A stretch of DNA of 64,000 nt from Paraspadella gotoi (GCA_051294375.1 CM119265.1:19082588-19146587), one strand, 5' to 3'. Counted from the first letter of the stretch, positions 27,803-41,767 are shown. The notes: a model not told the origin generated them from the sequence alone. A program made the numbers and translations.

Positions 27803-29854
27803 TTATTCAACTGTTGCCAAAGAATTTAATAACAAATTGTTTTGCATCAAAGTTACTCCAGTTGTACATCTTTTAGTGCGTTGTTCAGCTCGATCAACTT
27901 CACTTTATCTTGTCACTTCGATCGTTTGTGGAAACTGAACATAAATGTTTTTGTCTCTTAGTGATGCATTATCTAAAAAGATATTAGAATTGAAGCCGGC
28001 AGAAATACTAGGCCCTTTCAGAATTTTCTTGATTCTCAGTACAGTTTTCCAGTGTTCTTTCTAATTTTTGCCTGCAATTGTTCGAGGCGATATGCATTGT
28101 ATTGCTCTATTAATCCGCGTTTCTTTTTTTATCAATTGTTTCAGCATTTCGATTAGGTTTATCAATTTCTTGATTCTTATTGATCTACAAAAGATTTCCT
28201 CCTCAGGATTTGATAATAATTGATTAATCAATTATTATAAGAGTGATATCATACAATAATTGCTGCTTTATTTTCACAACAAGTATTAGGAATTTGTTAT
28301 CAATTGTCTATTTGAATTTGCTTGAACTGCAAGAATGGATTAATATCTACATTAGATCTTGTAAAATATGAGAAAAATCTTAGAATTTCGTTTGGATTTT
28401 CACTGCCATTAACATATTTTTAAAACTTTCACTCTCCCATGCTTGTTTATTTTTTGAACTGGATAGTTAGAACACTAATTTATTTAAATCAGAATAAAAT
28501 TTTGCATTATTTTCCTCCAATACTGCAGAGTTGAACATTTTCAAGTTTAAATAGCTATGACTCTTTTCCAGTTGGAGAACATTTGAATATTTTTGGCAAC
28601 ATACGCATACTCATCCATAACACTTAGCGCGTCATTTCCATTTAAGTCCTTTTATTTTTCAAATGTAAATTACTCGTCAGAATTTTAATATCTCCGTTTT
28701 TTTGCCAAGACTTTAAAATACTCCTTATTAATAATTTTGAAAATTCAAGAATGTTTTTCTTCCTTTCACAAAATATTCAAATCATATGATAGGTCTGCTC
28801 TCAGAGTATGTTCAAGTATGACTTCGGCATCATTGATACACAAAAATGGTATCACCCTTTTTAATTTAATAATTCATTTGACCTTCATCTGTTTTTTATA
28901 GCATGACTTTCATTTATGGTTTTTAAATATCAGTATCAGAATCTTTGAAGTTTATATTAACGGCGTCACATCTATATGCTTTCTTTTGGAGGGTTTTCGC
29001 CTCTTTTTTTCTTGCCTTAATTTTCTTCCCCGAAAGAGACAATTGTAGTGTTCTTCTTTTTTTAAGTTGTTGATAATTTCTCATTTTGGTTCAAACTTTT
29101 CTTTGGCAAATATCAAAATGAATTTACAGGAGACCTTCGGTATTGATTCAGTGTACTGGAATTTCAGCATTTATGTTCACAATGTATGCCTTTCTTTGAT
29201 GGAAAGGATTGTCAAAATTTTCTCAACTGGATTATCAATCACTGTTTTTTTGGATACAATTGGTCAGTTTGTAATATCTAACTGTAAATCATTGAATATT
29301 GGCACGGTCAGTCTGACCAAGTTCGTTATCCAACTGGACTAACATCATCTTGGCTAGAGAAATAAATATTTACAGTTTTGTCAGTTTAATTCTTATTCTT
29401 TTAAGACTGGTTGATACTCAATTTTTTTTGTTCAATACATCGTCCTCTATTTACAGCATCATCAAAATCTATCACAGAAGCACTTTTAGTACTTGGTTTC
29501 AAGTAATGGAATTTCAAGCATCATTAATAGTACAACGGTATTCCCTTTGAATTGAAAATGATTTTAGGGGGTTTTAAAAATTTTCTCACATGGATCTCAA
29601 ATCTGATGTTATTTTGAAGAATTGTCAAATTTGTTCTGACTGTAAATCATTGAATATTGGACTTCATCTGAATCCACTTTTACCTCCAACTGGATGTAAC
29701 ATCATCTTGCTGAGAAAGGAGAGTTAAGTTTTGTCTGTAGTCCTTTCCTTTTTAAAGGTTCGTTTGATAATCATTTTTTTGTCTTCCAAACATCTTTTTC
29801 TGTTACAATATTTAATTGCAAATGTTTTGGGTTTGGAAAATTCATTTTAAAACT
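27803..29854 (-). pseudogene. Frameshifted coding-like block (mirror of 34165-36216)
   Basis: Reverse complement of the block at 34165-36216. Confidence 0.4.
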
Positions 29855-29879
29855 NNNNNNNNNNNNNNNNNNNNNNNNN

Positions 29880-32820
29880 GAGAGAGAGAGAGAGAGAGAC
29901 GACCTCTTGTCCAAGGGCAAGAATGAACTTCCTTTAATTTAGGTCCACTTTTGTGTTTATGAGTGAAATTTAAAAAAAAAGGAAAACCTTCTAAACGATA
30001 ATTATCAGGGTTTAATTTTGAAGGGAGAGAAAAATAAATCTGTCAGAGGCTCAAAGAGAAATTCCACGGAGTCAAAAAAAGTTCAAAAGTTATTTTACGG
30101 CGGTAGGGGTTTTTTACGAGCTTTTTCGCCGAGGGCAGTACAGCCAAAAATTATACACGTTTGGACTGAAACGGCAAGGAAATATAGCTGTTCGAAATGA
30201 TCATCTTTTGATTTATTCACTTATTAATGCTGGTTTTAAAAATCATAAATAATCCAATGGTAATAATAAAAATGTAAAAAAAAAATTCAAACGTGAATAA
30301 AAATAATTAGAAAAAAAAATATGGTGTGGTATGTATCACCAGAAACAGATATGAGATAGTAAACGTAAGATTGTTGAAAGTCTATAAAACGCGAGAATTG
30401 TGAGTTAAAAAATGTACGATTTATGATTGCCCTTAAAACTTTACGTACCATTTTCACGGTTCTGACAAGATAANNNNNNNNNNAGAAAAAAGATTTAAAT
30501 TTTTGAGTCAAACAAAATAGCAACCAAATGTCAAAACTTCGTCTCGATTCCAAACGATGGAATACCGAGACCCCGTTTTTTTTTCTCCTTTCTCTCTTTT
30601 GACTTTTTTTTTAGGTTTTTCTGGTTTTTTTTGTTTCTTTGTTTCTATCGAACGGCATCGGCTTTATCATCGATCTTCTTTCCACTAATGTTAATTAGAT
30701 GCGATTTCGGAGTACGATAGTATTCTCCGATCTAATACTTTATTGATCGGAGTGTGAGAGAGTCCCGATTGAAGACATGAAAGGTCCAAATATGTTACTA
30801 TCTTGTTAGACGGATAGAGACCAAGAGTAGGAGACCCTAACCAAACACGGCCAATCTAAAGTCCGGGGTAACAACTATTAGTTCTCATGGCTCCTCCACC
30901 ATAACTCACCACTCCTTCATTAACTTACCCTTTCTCCGCCTCCTTCCTAATTTGGCTCGGGAAATTCTCATTACATTACATCTCATTACATTAACGCTCG
31001 ATCCCTCGTAAAAAGGTCGACTTTCTGACCGAATCAGATCCGAAATACGACTCAATCTGACCTCGAAATCGACCCTTAAACCTCTCGTCCCCTTTTTCTA
31101 GTATTTCTTTGTTTTCATGGACTAAAATACAAAATGAGAAAATTTCTTTATTTTATGCCTTCCGTTTACGAGTCGATCTCGTGTTCTTTATGTTTATGTG
31201 CCGAATTTTTTCTTCTCCGAATTTAAAAGTCATTAGTTTTTATGCCGCTCATTGTTGATCTTAAAATACATTTTTCTGACTTAGATCCGTTTTTTTTTCT
31301 GACTTACTGCGCCGTTGAAACATGGATTTGAGAGGATTAAATTTAAAATTTAAAATTAGAAATTAAATTAAAATTAAAATTAAATTTAAAAAAAGTGGTT
31401 AGTCGTCTTCTACTTTTCCTTCGAAGTCGTCATTGTCTGCCTTTCGGCCGACCTCGTCGTTGTCGTCGTTGTCGTCGTTGTCGTCGTTGTTATCATCACC
31501 GACGCGAAACGATTCCATCGAACGAACATAAAGCAGAAAAATTAATAGAAGCCATAAACTAGTATTTTTTTTTTTGAAAAAAAATTAAACAAACTTCCTG
31601 ATTTGATTTCGTGCGCAAATTTGGGATTTCCACTTTTCGGTTCGTTTCGTACTTTATCATTTTGTAAAATAGTGTTCTGTTTATATACAGACTATTAAAA
31701 AAACTTTTAAATTTCGAAAAAAAAAAAATAAATGATTAATCACTATAAAATGAAGAATTTAAGCTAAAGTGAAAGGATGCGACAAAATACTTGAGAAACG
31801 TGGGATCAATTTTGACGTGGGGTTGGATGCGCTTTCGAGAGTCCGACGATTCCAGGACAACGTCTCCGAGGGTGGGAATCGGAGAAGGTGACGACGACGA
31901 CGACGACGACNNNNNNNNNNCGACCGACCGACCTAATAGTAATTCACGTCGTCTCGGGGAAAAAGATGAGAAGAAACAAAAGTAAAAAAAAAAATTAAAG
32001 GAGTTTGACGACGGAGAAAAATTGGTTGTTATCTTCGCATTTCCCTGGAAACCGGGCATAAGTGGCAGACTTACCACCTCCCCCCCCCCTTGCCCCGCTA
32101 TCTCCCCCCCGCTTCCAAGATGAAATTACGGATCTCGAAAGGATCGACGACACCATAAAAACACCATAAGCATGATCCTCATCTAGGAAATAAAAAAAAA
32201 ATATAATCTCGAAAAGACGGTTTGGGGAAATTTCGGCGTCGAAACGAGGAAGAAATATCCTGAGTAAATAACATGCATCATCTCGGTTGAGGGAAAAAAA
32301 AAGAAAACGAGAATGTAACGCACGAAAGGATATTTATTTTTTTGGTGGGGGATGTTTGTGTCTTTATATTTCTTTTGATGCCTCATGGGATTCTGGGGGG
32401 AAAAAACTCAAAAGGAAAAGAGAGAAAAAAAAACTTAAGACGTAGTAAAAAAAAAATCCATAATAAAAATATATTAAGAGAAAGGGAAAGAAATTTTCAA
32501 GACATGGGAGCTTTGGAGGAAGAAAGAAAGAAAGAGAGAAAGAAAAATAGGCAAATATCTTAAAAAAAAAAGAAAGTGAAATAAAAATGAAAAAAAAAAG
32601 AGAAAAGGAAGGAATTAGTTCCATCGGAATGCGCACCCGATATTCGCTGCTTCCGATGTTTTCTTTTTCCTTTTTTTTCTTTCTTTTTTTCCTTTTTTTT
32701 TCGAAGCGGCAGTAAAGTTATGTCCTGCGGCGCGGTTTATACTTTATCTGCGGACACCCCCCCTCTCTTTTAAAACAGGGGGTAGAGGCTTTTCTTTCTT
32801 GTTTGCGTTGTCTTTTTTTG

Positions 32821-32859
<39 letters not shown>

Positions 32860-34139
32860 TCTCTCTCTGACTCCCCTCGGGCCGTTTTTCCCACGGCACC
32901 GGAACAAGAGCTGCTTGACGAATTTCAAAAAAATTTTAACGAAAGAGAAAAACGAGGTTCGATTTTCGAGGATCGGAAATTAAAAACGTTTTTAACGAAT
33001 TCGTTATCTGCGGAGTCATCGTAAGTCGATCTTTCTGGCGTTTGGTCGGTTTCTCGGTTTTTCAACCGGGGTTAATGACAGAGTTCTTTACTCATCGCTA
33101 GACGACTCATTCACCTCGCTCGACCGACGGGAGTCGACTTACCTTTTTGCCTCATGACGGTCATTTCTGGTGAGTCACCCACTTCGATGATTCACGGAAT
33201 ATTAAAAAGGCTTTGAGAAACAATTAACTATCGGTAATTCCCGCCCCTCGTTAAGGGCCCCCTCATAATATCTCTGCGGTTTCAATTATAGACCCTTGGG
33301 AAACATTTGAAAGTTTTAAAAAGTGAGCTTGGGAAAGCTAGTTGGCGTTCGCCTGGGAAAACACGTTCTCAATTACAGATTCCTGTTTTTTTAATTATCT
33401 TTTGTCTAGATCATTTTCAATACAAAATTTAATCAAATTGATATAGCAAAATGATTTATGAGGGTTGAAATAAGTCAACTATATTACCGTTATCTTGAGC
33501 TATATATGGAAAGTTATTATATTTCAGTTTTTTTTCCACGTACGAAAAAAAAAACTTTTCGTCCTGATTTTTGTTATGATTACCAAAGTTGTTTTGGTCA
33601 TGGGCGTTTCTTTCAAATACCCTTCTTCCATCAAAGTGTGTCAAGATTCGTCGTCGTCGTCGTCGTCGTCGTCGTCATTACTCTCAACGCGATTCCAGTT
33701 CCATAGTTTCTTTCCAAGCTTTAATTCTCTCCGGCGCCATCCATCATAATCCCACTTACCAACATGACTCTCCTCTCGCTTACCTTTTCCTCTTTCTTTT
33801 TTCATCTTTCTCGCTCGTAGTTTTCTTCCTCCTCATCCTCCTCCTCCTCCTCCTCCTGTCGTCTTTCGATCAAAAATCAAAATTTCCCTTCAAATCAAAA
33901 TCGTAACGACGCCGACGAGGATTACGCACACCCACATTTCCCTTCAACGCCATGAGGTCATCCAACCCCACTCCCCATCGGGTCATCCAACCCCTTTTCC
34001 CCACCCAAACTCCGAACCCCGACCTTCCCACCTTCGCCTCTTCCCAACTCCGCATACGTTTCGAAAGACGGACGGCGGAGTTTGACCCGAGGAAAACGGA
34101 GGCCAGACTATTGTTTCCTCGCCCTCTCCCTCTTTCCTT
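29880..34139 (+). repeat. Spacer of the inverted repeat: indel-rich direct copy of ~14940-19720
   Basis: Collinear with 14940-15522, 15850-17290 and 17469-19720, joined across 10-N gaps at 30474-30483 and 31911-31920. It carries many single-base indels and is bounded by 25-N gaps. Confidence 0.95.
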
Positions 34140-34164
34140 NNNNNNNNNNNNNNNNNNNNNNNNN

Positions 34165-36216
34165 AGTTTTAAAATGAATTTTCCAAACCCAAAACATTTG
34201 CAATTAAATATTGTAACAGAAAAAGATGTTTGGAAGACAAAAAAATGATTATCAAACGAACCTTTAAAAAGGAAAGGACTACAGACAAAACTTAACTCTC
34301 CTTTCTCAGCAAGATGATGTTACATCCAGTTGGAGGTAAAAGTGGATTCAGATGAAGTCCAATATTCAATGATTTACAGTCAGAACAAATTTGACAATTC
34401 TTCAAAATAACATCAGATTTGAGATCCATGTGAGAAAATTTTTAAAACCCCCTAAAATCATTTTCAATTCAAAGGGAATACCGTTGTACTATTAATGATG
34501 CTTGAAATTCCATTACTTGAAACCAAGTACTAAAAGTGCTTCTGTGATAGATTTTGATGATGCTGTAAATAGAGGACGATGTATTGAACAAAAAAAATTG
34601 AGTATCAACCAGTCTTAAAAGAATAAGAATTAAACTGACAAAACTGTAAATATTTATTTCTCTAGCCAAGATGATGTTAGTCCAGTTGGATAACGAACTT
34701 GGTCAGACTGACCGTGCCAATATTCAATGATTTACAGTTAGATATTACAAACTGACCAATTGTATCCAAAAAAACAGTGATTGATAATCCAGTTGAGAAA
34801 ATTTTGACAATCCTTTCCATCAAAGAAAGGCATACATTGTGAACATAAATGCTGAAATTCCAGTACACTGAATCAATACCGAAGGTCTCCTGTAAATTCA
34901 TTTTGATATTTGCCAAAGAAAAGTTTGAACCAAAATGAGAAATTATCAACAACTTAAAAAAAGAAGAACACTACAATTGTCTCTTTCGGGGAAGAAAATT
35001 AAGGCAAGAAAAAAAGAGGCGAAAACCCTCCAAAAGAAAGCATATAGATGTGACGCCGTTAATATAAACTTCAAAGATTCTGATACTGATATTTAAAAAC
35101 CATAAATGAAAGTCATGCTATAAAAAACAGATGAAGGTCAAATGAATTATTAAATTAAAAAGGGTGATACCATTTTTGTGTATCAATGATGCCGAAGTCA
35201 TACTTGAACATACTCTGAGAGCAGACCTATCATATGATTTGAATATTTTGTGAAAGGAAGAAAAACATTCTTGAATTTTCAAAATTATTAATAAGGAGTA
35301 TTTTAAAGTCTTGGCAAAAAAACGGAGATATTAAAATTCTGACGAGTAATTTACATTTGAAAAATAAAAGGACTTAAATGGAAATGACGCGCTAAGTGTT
35401 ATGGATGAGTATGCGTATGTTGCCAAAAATATTCAAATGTTCTCCAACTGGAAAAGAGTCATAGCTATTTAAACTTGAAAATGTTCAACTCTGCAGTATT
35501 GGAGGAAAATAATGCAAAATTTTATTCTGATTTAAATAAATTAGTGTTCTAACTATCCAGTTCAAAAAATAAACAAGCATGGGAGAGTGAAAGTTTTAAA
35601 AATATGTTAATGGCAGTGAAAATCCAAACGAAATTCTAAGATTTTTCTCATATTTTACAAGATCTAATGTAGATATTAATCCATTCTTGCAGTTCAAGCA
35701 AATTCAAATAGACAATTGATAACAAATTCCTAATACTTGTTGTGAAAATAAAGCAGCAATTATTGTATGATATCACTCTTATAATAATTGATTAATCAAT
35801 TATTATCAAATCCTGAGGAGGAAATCTTTTGTAGATCAATAAGAATCAAGAAATTGATAAACCTAATCGAAATGCTGAAACAATTGATAAAAAAAGAAAC
35901 GCGGATTAATAGAGCAATACAATGCATATCGCCTCGAACAATTGCAGGCAAAAATTAGAAAGAACACTGGAAAACTGTACTGAGAATCAAGAAAATTCTG
36001 AAAGGGCCTAGTATTTCTGCCGGCTTCAATTCTAATATCTTTTTAGATAATGCATCACTAAGAGACAAAAACATTTATGTTCAGTTTCCACAAACGATCG
36101 AAGTGACAAGATAAAGTGAAGTTGATCGAGCTGAACAACGCACTAAAAGATGTACAACTGGAGTAACTTTGATGCAAAACAATTTGTTATTAAATTCTTT
36201 GGCAACAGTTGAATAA
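34165..36216 (+). pseudogene. Frameshifted coding-like region (large exon of an unidentified repeat-containing protein; pseudogene or uncorrected read errors)
   Basis: A-rich and free of microsatellites. Protein-like segments occur in shifting frames (SQDDV, PIFNDLQ twice, KRRKPSKRKHID, MFNSAVLEENNAKFYSDLNKLVF, KILKGPSISAGFNSNIFLDNASLRDKNIYVQFPQ, ...NNLLLNSLATVE*). An AT-rich 3'UTR-like stretch with AATAAA at ~36324 follows. Confidence 0.4.
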
Positions 36217-36898
36217 TGAACCGAAGTTTATAAATTGACTAATTTATATTAATTAATATAAACTAAAAATTTCGAATTCATACAGATTTCTTTTGTATTT
36301 GTACAGTATGTAAAAAATTAAACAATAAATTTATAAATTTTATTTTCATATATATTATACATATACATATATTTAATTAGTATAGTATTTAATTAAAGTA
36401 TAAAGTTTAAGATAAATAGCAAAAAAAAATCGGTGTCTTTTTGTTTTAAAAACTACGGCAACTCACCAAAGGCGCAAAAAACTGTAACCAACATACCCAA
36501 CCTAGAGTGCTTGTAATCAGTTTCAAACCAACATTTTTTTTAAAATAAAACAAAAGTAACAACGGAGTTTCAATTATTATTATTCAGTAATTCAATAGTT
36601 ACCGTTACCACTGCAAGTTATTATGCCACGATGTTACCATGAATAATACACTTAATATCAATTGATCATTGTTAAAAGAACTTACATTACTAAATGTGTT
36701 TGATATTCTAGAAATTAATAATATATAAAAACTTTGAAAACGGTTTCTGCCAATTAACCATTAGATCCCAATTTGAAGGTACAAAAATTAAGAAGATTGC
36801 TAATTTACTTCATCTCGTTCTGATGCTTATTTCAACATTTATTGTAATTTAAAAAAAGTTATTCACGGAGAATTAACTTTTTTAATCTCAGAAGGTAA

Positions 36899-37225
36899 CA
36901 AGAGAATAAGATTAGGATTAATTTCCGACTGGGAATCCGCCAAGACAGCAAGGTTAACTGGTTCGTCCCTCTTAACTTGCTACAAGAATTGTCCACAGCG
37001 GTTATTCAGTTTGTGAATAGTTGGTCACTGGGTTACTGGGTCAGTAAGCAAGAAGGAATGCAAAGACAAATTGTGAATCACGAGATAGCCATGCTAAATA
37101 AATCGGATATAATCCTGATTGTAGAGAGAGAAGAAGGGGGGAGAAGCGGGATAGTCTTTAGAGGAATAATGAAGGTTCGACTTCAACATTGCCCGAAGGG
37201 ATCAGTGATAATAGATCATAACTGA
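36899..37225 (+). CDS. Unidentified ~108-codon open frame (mirror at 26794-27120, - strand)
   Basis: Non-repetitive frame QENKIRINFRLGIRQDSKVNWFVPLNLLQELSTAVIQFVNSWSLGYWVSKQEG...DHN*. An acceptor-like TTTTTTAATCTCAG lies just upstream. No family recognised. Confidence 0.2.
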   Translation, partial: QENKIRINFRLGIRQDSKVNWFVPLNLLQELSTAVIQFVNSWSLGYWVSKQEGMQRQIVNHEIAMLNKSDIILIVEREEGGRSGIVFRGIMKVRLQHCPKGSVIIDHN

Positions 37226-38136
37226 CTACCAATCTTAGGCGCCCACAGACGACGCTGGTAAAGGAATGATCCGGCTACGTTTGTCGTGCGGGAGTATCGC
37301 GACCGGGGGAAGAGGGGCACCGTGCGTTGGAACCGGAAGGCACTTAAGAAAATTGCACGGAGCGCGCACGTCGAGGGGAATTTTCGGAACCAAAACTAAA
37401 AGAACTTTCCACGTGGTGACAATTTATAACCAATCGAAAATTATCGTCTTCTTCTGGTTGAACCCTGATGACGACCATCCCAGGAGTACGAACGCCTGTT
37501 CGAAGCCCCTTCTTGAGGCGGGGGGCGGGTACAAAAAAAATTCCCTTCTTTATTTATCACGCCGAGAGCGAAATACTCTCGAATTGATGACAGTCTTTTC
37601 AACTTCGCGGCGAGGTAGAGTGGTGCGGTGGTGGTGGGCGGAAAACTTTCCGTGCATCTAGGACTTTTTTTCGTAAATTTTTTTTTTTCGATCACGTTTT
37701 GTCCGTTTCGTAAAATGGTTAAAAATTCTAGCTGGGAAACGACATAGACAGAGGTTAGTAAATATTAAATATACTGCAAAAATAGTCACTCTTACTCTTC
37801 TATTAAATATGTAATTTTCTAAAATTATTTTAATAAAATATAAATAATAATAATAATTAAATAACTGACCACCCATCCAAATAAGGCACGTTCTGCCAGT
37901 AATTCTTCAATTCCCTTATCATCATTATACCTCTTTGTTCTTCAGGTTCTTAGCGACTTTCATTTTCTGTTTTGTTTATAAAAACAAAAAATCCGTCGCG
38001 AAAAACGAAGCAAAAATTCAACAAAAAAAAGAGAAGAGAGAGAAAGTCGAGTGCCGATTAGTGAAGTTACGATGGTTTTAATATGGACCTGGGAATCAGG
38101 TTTTAACCAACACAAATGCTTCTCTCTCTCTCTCTG

Positions 38137-38169
<33 letters not shown>

Positions 38170-38924
38170 TCTCTCTCTTCTCTCTCTCGTCTCTCTCTCC
38201 TCTCTCTCCTCTCTCTTCCTCTAGAATTGTGAGATCAAAGGGGTGGAAGGGGCAAATTTTGGAATAAGTAGGACATAAGAAAATGGAAGGTAAATAAGCT
38301 CTTCATCTTATTTACTCCTTGCCACCTAACCTATTGATCAAAATTGAGTTATTAATAAACCGCGGTTTTTTAAATCCCCTGCAGAAACCCCGCCCCCCGC
38401 CCCCCGACCCCCCGCCCCCCGAATCCCCAACACGACTATTCCACTTAAAAAAACGACTCTTTCCTTTCCCATCAAAATTCAACTGCTTCGAATTACCTCA
38501 ATTTCCGATCCTGAATTACACCGTTGGTTTTTCACCGTCGGTAATCTCTGGATTCTGATGGTTCGCTAAATCTACACTGAACGCTATTGGCGAAATATTC
38601 TGGATGCAGAAGAGGCCTTCCGAAAAAAAAACCGAAAAAGATATAGAGAAAAAATTAACTTCTGGATTGTAAAGGAAAAGAAAACAGAAAAAAAATGAAA
38701 ATAACTGAGCCTTTTTTCTTATTTACGGTGTTATTTTATAGCTTCCTCTTTCAATGGTGGTTTCCTATTTTTTAATTTTTACCGCTTTTGGCAAGTTATT
38801 ACAGTAAAAATTTATCAGACTAGGCATCTTAAAAAATGTTGATTTCATCTAAACTTTACTGCAACCATTTCAAGTTTTTTTATTTTAATATCTTGAGGCA
38901 AAGAGAGAGAGAAAGAATTGAGGT

Positions 38925-38994
<70 letters not shown>

Positions 38995-38999
38995 TGAGC

Positions 39000-39078
<79 letters not shown>

Positions 39079-39088
39079 GGGAGAGAGA

Positions 39089-39121
<33 letters not shown>

Positions 39122-40007
39122 GAGGAGAGATGAGGGAGAGAGAGAGAGAGAGAGAGGCATTCAAGTAAACTATCTCTCAAAAAGAATCTCAGAATAAATA
39201 AGATCGAATTTTCCCGAAAATTGATAATAAAATAAAAAATATTTCCATCCTCAAAATTTTCGGATCATCAAATTCGGTAAATCCGCCGCCTCCAACCCGA
39301 AGAATTCCGAGTATTTAAAAAGAAAAGATAAAATAACATTGACGTAAACTTCTGCTATTAGTTATAACAGGATAGATTTTCGTCACGCATCAATTTAAAA
39401 AATCGAAGTAAAAGCTGATCTCTCTCGGCTCATTAACCCGATTTAAAGGTAAGAAACTAAAACAAAAAAAATAATTTGAACCTTCAACCAGGGGTTTGAG
39501 ATACGCCCGCCATGGTCGGTCTGTCCTTTGAATCATCAATCACAAAAGACTAGATTTAAAAGGCGCAGGTCCGCCGGGCCACGAGGGGCGAAGAGGGGCG
39601 CGGGGGCTGCGGGGCTGTGGAAACTCGGTCCGTGGGGCATCCGGCCGTGCGGGGCGCCCCGGAGTCCCGAGGGTGACGAAAACAGGCTCCTCCTCGGCAT
39701 TCCCGAGTTGGATGACGCCACTAGGAAAATCTAAACCTTTAAAAAAGAGAATAAATACAGTATTCTTTAGGTATATATACTAACTTAAAAATTTCTTTCT
39801 TCGAACTTTGGATTTCATTGACGCGTATGTTCAGTTTGCTCTTTTCTAATCTGACACTATTTTTGAGAGTTACCGGATATTTTTTTTATATTGAACTTTA
39901 TCCCTTTTTCGCCGCATTTTTAATTCGTGAATACCCCAGGACGTTATCGCTTGGTTGGGAAGAAGGCGCGTCACCCGCGTCTCTCTCTCTCTCTCTCTCA
40001 ATCTCTC

Positions 40008-40068
<61 letters not shown>

Positions 40069-40553
40069 CTCTCTCTCCGTGGAAAGATACCACGTCAAAT
40101 GAAAAAAAAAAAAAGGTCAAGATTTTCTTCGTAATTTTCCATTCGTATCGATCCCTATCACAACTTATTTGATAAGCGTTTTTAATTTCGCAACAGAATA
40201 AAAACCCTCGGGCTTCGAGATAAAAATAAGAAGAAAAAAAAATTTAAAAAAGAAGAACCCAAAACCGTAAATCTTTTTTCTTTTTTCTTTTTTTTTTTTG
40301 GAAAAGGGGTGGAAATCCCAAGTGTTTGAACTTTTAGATAAAAATGTTCGAAAAATGAAGGAGAGAGAAGAAAGGAGGAGACGAAGAGAAGAAAAAGATA
40401 AGAAGCGGAGAGAGGTGAATATAGAAATGGTGTGAAAGGACTGAGAAAGTAAATAGAGAGGAAGAAGGTGAAATAAACGAAAGAAAAGAATTAAAAAAAA
40501 GAAATAAATATAGAAAGAAGATAAGAAAGAAGAAAGAAAGAAAGATAGAAGGA

Positions 40554-40613
<60 letters not shown>

Positions 40614-41735
40614 GATACACACAGACAGACTAAAGGATCAGGAGTGTAAATAGATGATGAGACTTAACGATATCTTGTTTAAATCTTCAAATTAAATGGG
40701 TGCAAGTTCTTAAGACTGCGGCCAATTCCAAGCCGCCCAAGCTTTCGACCAGAGAGCGCTCTATAGTATCGTAGGCAGGTTTGATGGAAGCAACTGGAGT
40801 ATTGAATGAGTTGTTAATCAGTCGAGCGACGAACAGTTCTGTTAACTTTTTACGTTTCTTTAAATCAAGCGAATCAAGTATCACCTAACGTTACCTTATA
40901 CTTCTTGAGGAAAAAAAATTCGGGATTTTCGATTCTTATGTTACTCGACTTGAAGTTTACGCCGAAAAACATGCTTATATAAAAAAAATCATCCAGAATC
41001 TCTCTACTACAGTATGCAAATTGGATTAAGATTCAAGTCTCAAGACATGAATGACGTTAAGTCGACAACGACGAAAATGACGACGATGATGATGACGACG
41101 ACGTCGACGAGGTCTTCCCACAATCCACAAAGTCGACTTCCTATGCTCCTCAGTTTTGACCGTAAATCAAAAAACGCCAAAAAAATTAATTTTTTAAAAC
41201 TAAATAGAAAAAGAATGTTTTGCTTCCGACGACGCCTTTTTGGGAAAATTGGAGTCAGTTCGCAAATGAGGGTGGGAGGGTTACGGTGGGGGAGTTAAGA
41301 CTGTGGGGGTCGGTGAAAGGTTTTGGACGTTTGGGGGATATTTATGATTTTTCCATGCCTTAAATATTGGGAAGAAGAAAAAAGAAAAGAGTTCTATGTA
41401 CCGTAAAGGGAGGTGCTAAAGATGGGGGATGGGGGGATAGAGAATGGGGTAGCGAAGGTAGGACCCGATTCGCCTGACGGGTGAAGAGTCCTTTCACGGT
41501 GAAGTTTTGTTTCACGGCGAGCGGAAGCGACTTCGAGTCAAGGGAGTCGACTAAAACTGACAATTAAGGGTGAAAAGGGAAAGAAAGAAGAAAGATTTTC
41601 ACTTTTGTTTGAAATATAGCGAAAAATTCGTCGCCTCTCCTCGATTTTTCGCGTTATTCATCGTCATAGAGAGAGAGAAGAGAGAGAGAAGAGAGAGAGA
41701 GGAGAGAGAGGACAGAGAGAGAGAGAGAGAGAGAG

Positions 41736-41767
<32 letters not shown>

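Larger units (their letters stand above)
14940..29854 (+). repeat. Reference copy (copy A) of a locus repeated in parts through 29.9-54.9 kb
   Basis: Sub-blocks recur at 29880-34139 (+), 34165-44300 (-), 44302-45619 (+), 47973-51864 (+), 51865-54099 (-) and 54101-54856 (+). For example, GACGACCTCTTGTCCAAGGGC appears at ~14959 and ~29898. Confidence 0.95.
21260..29854 (+). repeat. Left arm of an 8.6-kb inverted repeat
   Basis: ORFs in this interval have partners with identical translations on the opposite strand, and their coordinates sum to 64019 (e.g. 29067..29342+ / 34677..34952-; 23399..23854+ / 40165..40620-). Identity breaks at 21259/42760. Confidence 0.95.

Noticed and set aside
34165-36216. 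Alternative genetic code (TGA=Trp or TAA/TAG=Gln) to explain the stops in the island
   Set aside because: The protein-like segments switch frames and all three stop codons occur, which fits indels rather than codon reassignment.
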